Origin: the human T2T-CHM13v2.0 reference genome, Homo sapiens | Assembly: GCF_009914755.1 (NCBI RefSeq) | Contig: NC_060932.1 | Length of the DNA: 64,000 nucleotides | Strand: one strand, 5' to 3' | Part shown: positions 50,658 to 64,000 of the stretch, one piece after another | How the letters are laid out: every line of letters begins with the position of its first letter | How positions within the stretch are numbered: the first letter of the stretch is position 1 | Program-made: the position numbers and the translations under genes | Notes under the pieces: generated by a model | Database searches by the model: none | Told to the model about the DNA's origin: nothing | What the model saw: only the letters and a program-made list of their open reading frames with translations

Positions 50658-52212
50658 CTAATAATTGAGGTTTTTAAGTAGAAAGAAAAGGAGTAATGCT
50701 TGAGCAATATTGTCGATTAACTTGAGCTACTTGTTTATAGGACATTGTACCCAACAGCAAAAGAATCCATGTACTCTGCCAGTGTGCAGAAAATATTCAC
50801 CAAGATAGACTATGTTCTGTGTTGTAAAATAAATTTTGATAAATTTAAGAGATTAGAATTATATTAAGTGTGATCGCTGATCAAAATGAAATTAGTCTGG
50901 AAAACCAAATATTTGCAAATCAAACAACATGAGTCAAACAGAAAATGACAAGAGAAGTTAGAAAACTTCTAAAACAGATGTTCAAGAAATTTGAACAGAT
51001 GTTTCATTGAATGCACATAAAAAGAAACATATCAAAACTATGGAATACAGCTAAATCTATACCTAGAGAGAAATTTAAATGGTCATATTAGAAGAGATGT
51101 CTCAAATCCATTAACTAAGCATCTACTCAAAAAAACTGGAGAAAAAAAGAACAAGCCACATAATAAGTAGAAAGGAGGAAATAATGAAGAGCACCAATCA
51201 ATGAAATGGAAAGCAGAAAAGCAATAGAGAAAATCAATGAAACCAAAAGACTTCTTTGAAAAGCTTAATAAAATTGATAAAGTTCTAAGAAGATTGACTA
51301 GGAAAACAGAAAATATAAATTAACAATATGAGGAATGAAAAAACATAACTATAGACTCTAAGTGCATTAAAAAAACAAGGAATATTGTGAACAACTTTAT
51401 GGCAATATGTTTAAGAACTTAGATTGAATGAAAAAAATTCCTTGGAAGACAATGTACTAAAAGTCACATAAGAATAAGTAGACGATTTGAATAATCCTGT
51501 ATCTATAAGAATGACAAAATTTATAGTTAAAAGTCAGGCACAGATTATTTCACTGACAAATTCTACCAAACAGTAAATAAATAAAACGAATTTTACACAA
51601 ATTCTTCTAGAAATTTGAAGAGAAGGGAATATTCCCCAATTCACTTTATGAAGTTAGCATTACTCTCATTCCAAAAGCAGACAAAGGCATTCCAAGAAAA
51701 CGGATGTCCTTCATGAACATGACCAGCTGGCTTTGTCCTAGGAATGCAAGGCTGCTTTAACATTTGAAAATCAATCAATGTAATTCATCACATTGACAAA
51801 CTAAAAAGGGAAACTCATATGATTATCTCGATGAAGAGAGAAGCATTTGACAAAATCCATCTATTCCTGATAAAAATATGAGCAAATTAGAAATAGGAAG
51901 GAACTTCCTCAAAATGATAAAAGAAATCTCAAAAAACCTGCAATTAACATGGTACTTAATGATGAAAGACAAATACTTTCCCTCTAAGACATGATCATAG
52001 CAAAGATATCTGTTGTCACCACTTCTCTAGTCAACATGGTACTATAGTTTCTAGGCAGAACAGTAAGGAAAGAAAATAAAAAGGCATCCAAATTGGAAAG
52101 AAAGAAAGCTATCTTTGTTCACAGATGACATGATCGAATATCTAAAATATCCTACAAACAACTGCTAGAATTAATAGGTTTATCAAGGTTGCAGGATATA
52201 AGATCAATATAC

Positions 52213-53812
<1,600 letters not shown>

Positions 53813-53995
53813 TTTTAAAAAAATAAAGTGTATTTCTGTATACTAACAACAAACAATTGGCGATTAAAAAAAAACTAGCTTTGTACAGTTGCTTAAAAGT
53901 ATGAAAGCTTTGGGGATAAATCTGACAAAATAAGTGCGAGATCTGTTCATTGAATGCTGCAAAATATTGCCAAGAGCTAAGAACTAAGAAAATGG

Positions 53996-54753
<758 letters not shown>

Positions 54754-55019
54754 CTAAAGTCTTATGAAATACAAAGTACAGGATTGTCATAAACTTTGAA
54801 AAAGGACAAAGTTTGCTGGATTTATACTACATGATTTTAAGGATTCTTATGTTTTCTCATGCAAGGTTTATTAGTGAATAGCACTAATACCTACCATACT
54901 ATGACATAGGATTGTTGTGAGAATTTTTAAAGTTACTACATATAGTTGTGGCACTAAACCAATCTAAGTTATATAGAGACCACAATGTAAGTGTTAACTC
55001 TTATTAGAGTTGTTATTAT

Positions 55020-56100
<1,081 letters not shown>

Positions 56101-56114
56101 AACGTTTTCTTTAT

Positions 56115-58825
<2,711 letters not shown>

Positions 58826-59005
58826 ATGATTTCAGCACACAAGGCTCTTCATGACCTGGCATTGTCTGCCTCTAGAGATTCACCTCCTGCGTTCAGTCAC
58901 ATTCACCCTTCCTCTAACCATACAGATTACTTGAGCACTTAAAAATGGATTGTAAGAGGATCATTGAAATTTCTTGAGGAAAAAATTGTTTTAAATTAGT
59001 CTGCC

Positions 59006-59336
59006 CTTTTTTCTTCCCTGGCCGTCTAAGGATTGACCACCATCATGAATGGTACAGTAACTATCTGAATTAGAAAGTTCATGACCAGCCAGGCGTGGTG
59101 GCTCACACCTGTAATCATAGCTACTCAGGAGCCTGAGGCAGGAGAATCACCTGAACCTGAGAGGCGGAGGTTGCAGTGAGCCGAGATTGTGCCACTGCAC
59201 TCCAGCCTGGGTGACAGAGCGAGACTCCGTCCCAAAAAAAAGGAAGTTCATGACCAACCGACTACTTCAGAGGAAATAAATGGTCATTGACGTCCTTCAC
59301 CCCAGGAAGGCAACAGTACCTAATACAGATATTCAG
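59006..59336 (+). pseudogene. RPS24: RPS24 processed pseudogene, 5' fragment interrupted by an Alu
   Basis: Pyrimidine 5'UTR, then ATG at 59045 reading MNGTVTI*IRKFMT[Alu][26 protein letters not shown] versus RPS24 [41 protein letters not shown]. Two in-frame stops, no introns. Confidence 0.92.
59088..59241 (+). mobile_element. Monomeric Alu inserted in the RPS24 pseudogene
   Basis: TSD AAGTTCATGACCA at 59075-59087 and 59244-59256. Confidence 0.88.
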
Positions 59337-59633
59337 GGCTGGGTGCAGTGGCTCAAGCCTATAATCCCAGCACTTTGGGAGGCCGAGGCAGGTGGATCAC
59401 TTGAGGTCAGGAGTTCCAAACAGCCTGGCCAACATGGCAAAACCCTGTCTCTCCTAAAGATACAAAAATTAGCCAGGTGTCGTGGCAGGCACCTATAATC
59501 CCAGCTGCTCGGAAGGCTGAGGCATAAGAATCACTTGAACCCAGGAGGCGGATATTTCAGTGAGCCGAGATCATACCACTGCACTCCAGCCTGGGCAACA
59601 GAGGAAGACTCTGTCTCAAAAAAAAAAAAAAAA
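59337..59633 (+). mobile_element. AluS followed by (CA)n
   Basis: Alu consensus. Confidence 0.9.
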
Positions 59634-60058
59634 CCACACACACAAACACACACACACACACACACACCCCTATACATACTCATGCTGATAAATAAAACAT
59701 TACTAGTACCTTTAATGTTCTCCCTTCAGCTGCATTTCCCTCCATTTCCCTCTCCCCAACTATAGGTAATCACTATCCTGTGTTGATAATTTCTTGCTTT
59801 TCTTTAGTTTTCCATCTTAATTTGTATTCCTAAATAATAGGTTGTTTATTTTTAAAAAGTACATAACAAATAAAAATCTAGTTCTGTAGAGAAAAGACTA
59901 CTGTTATGTGAGGGTCTGTGGGTAAAATCATGAGTGAGGTGGGGTATCACAGGGCTCAGCATGGCTGGGCCATCAGGTTTGGCTGGAGCGTACATAGACT
60001 TGGTGGTGGATACATGACAGAAATGTGTGAGAGTGAGTTGCTTTGTATTTTATGCCCC

Positions 60059-60672
<614 letters not shown>

Positions 60673-60833
60673 GCTTATAACCTACTTCTAGTGCTCATGA
60701 GTAAATCAAAACAGACCATTTCTGTGGGGTGAAGTAAATGTCTTCAGTTGATTTAGGCAGCAGGACGTAGAAAGAAGAGCAGAAATTCATTCTCATATGG
60801 CTTTAAGCCAAGCCACATTAGATAAGAATCAGT

Positions 60834-61495
<662 letters not shown>

Positions 61496-61797
61496 AAGAT
61501 GGTTCAATGGCAACAGGGATCTTGGAAATTATAATCTTCAGTATGTTGGTAGTTTGAATGTGCTCAATATGTTGCCCTGTACATCTGCTGTGTAACTATG
61601 GTCCTAGAATGTCTTTTCATGGTTCTGCTTGTATTTGCTTTGCCCCTCTCCTGTCTAGAATCTTCTTTTTACTGATATATTTCCTGGTTCTTGACTAAGT
61701 TTTGTTTGTTTGTTTGTTTGAGAGCATCTTGAGTCAAGAGTAGATGGGAGGCAAATTTGGGGAAGAGATTTTTGAAAATCTGAAAATGTTTGTGATC

Positions 61798-61807
61798 CAT
61801 CTATATC

Positions 61808-61852
<45 letters not shown>

Positions 61853-61882
61853 ATGTGTGTGTGTGTGTGTGTATATATATAT
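61798..61882. repeat. Compound STR (TATC)n(TG)n(TA)n
   Basis: Read directly. Confidence 0.92.
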
Positions 61883-61887
61883 TTATA

Positions 61888-62557
61888 TTTTTTTTAATTT
61901 TTATTTTTTTGAGACAGGGTCTTGCTCTGTCATCCAGGCTGTAATGCAGCGGCACAATCACAGCTCACTGCAGCCTCGACCTACCAGGCTCAAGCAATCT
62001 TCCTGCCTCTTGCTCCTGAATAGCTGAGACTACAGGCATGCACCACCATGCCCAGTTAATTTTTAAGATTATTTTTTGTAGCGACAGGGTCTTACTATGT
62101 TGCCCAGGCTATTCTCAAACTCCTGGGCTCAAGCAATCCTCCCACCTCAGCCTCCCAAAGTGCTGGGATTATAAGGCAAGAGCTACCACACCCAACTCTA
62201 ATCTATCTTCATACATAAATGATAACTGACCTGGGTATAAAAATAAAATTATATATGAAAATAATTTTTTTTTTGAGACAGAGTCTTGCTCTGTTGCCCA
62301 TGTTGGAGTGTAGTGACGTGATCTTGGCTCAGTGCAGCCTCCGCCTCCTGGGGTTTAAATGATTCTCCTGCCTCAGCCTCCCAAGTAGCTGGAACTATGG
62401 GCATGTGCCACCACACCCAGCTAATTTTTGTATTTTTAATAGAGATGGAGTTTTGATATGTCGGCTAGGCTGGTCTCAAACTCCTGATTTCAGGTAATGC
62501 ATCTGCCTTGGCCTCCCAAAGTGCTGGGATTACAGGTGTGAGCCACCACACCTGGCC
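61888..62557 (-). mobile_element. AluJ (61888-62195) + AluS (62265-62557)
   Basis: Antisense Alus. Confidence 0.88.
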
Positions 62558-62559
62558 TG

Positions 62560-63840
<1,281 letters not shown>

Positions 63841-64000
63841 TATTGTCTCTCTTTAAAAAAAAAAAAAAAAAAAAGCTTTTTATTTCAAATTTACATAAAA
63901 GTTGCAAGAAAAGTCCTGAGAATGCCCATATATTCTTTATCCGGATTTACCAGTTTTTAGCATTTTGCCACATTTAATATTTTGCCCCCCAACACACACA

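Overview
Human (primate) genomic DNA containing the 5' end of KAT6A (MOZ/MYST3) on the minus strand. It holds a CpG-island promoter (~41150-43270), non-coding exon 1 (~42296-42210), a probable optional 88-nt UTR exon (40020-39933) and the 925-nt exon 2 (39615-38691), which encodes codons 1-200 (two N-terminal winged-helix domains). Positions 1-38690 are part of intron 2. The remainder is mostly transposon-derived: about 45 Alus including a young AluYa5-like copy, old L1M elements, a Tigger3/MER7 split by a ~6 kb L1, MLT1, MER58/MER5/MER3, MIR and L2. There is also a 5' fragment of an RPS24 processed pseudogene. Most entries in the ORF track are Alu, L1 or GC-rich artefacts. I see no proof of a wholly new biological system. 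The most interesting unexplained structure is the KAT6A 5' architecture. Exon 1 carries a perfect TISU/YY1 AUG whose 25 codons end in the same phase as exon 2, so skipping exon 2 would fuse it in frame to codon 201 onward. The exon 2 leader has eight more upstream AUGs, and an exon-2 circle or intronic read-through would encode only the winged-helix domains. Repeat boundaries and subfamily calls are by eye and approximate.
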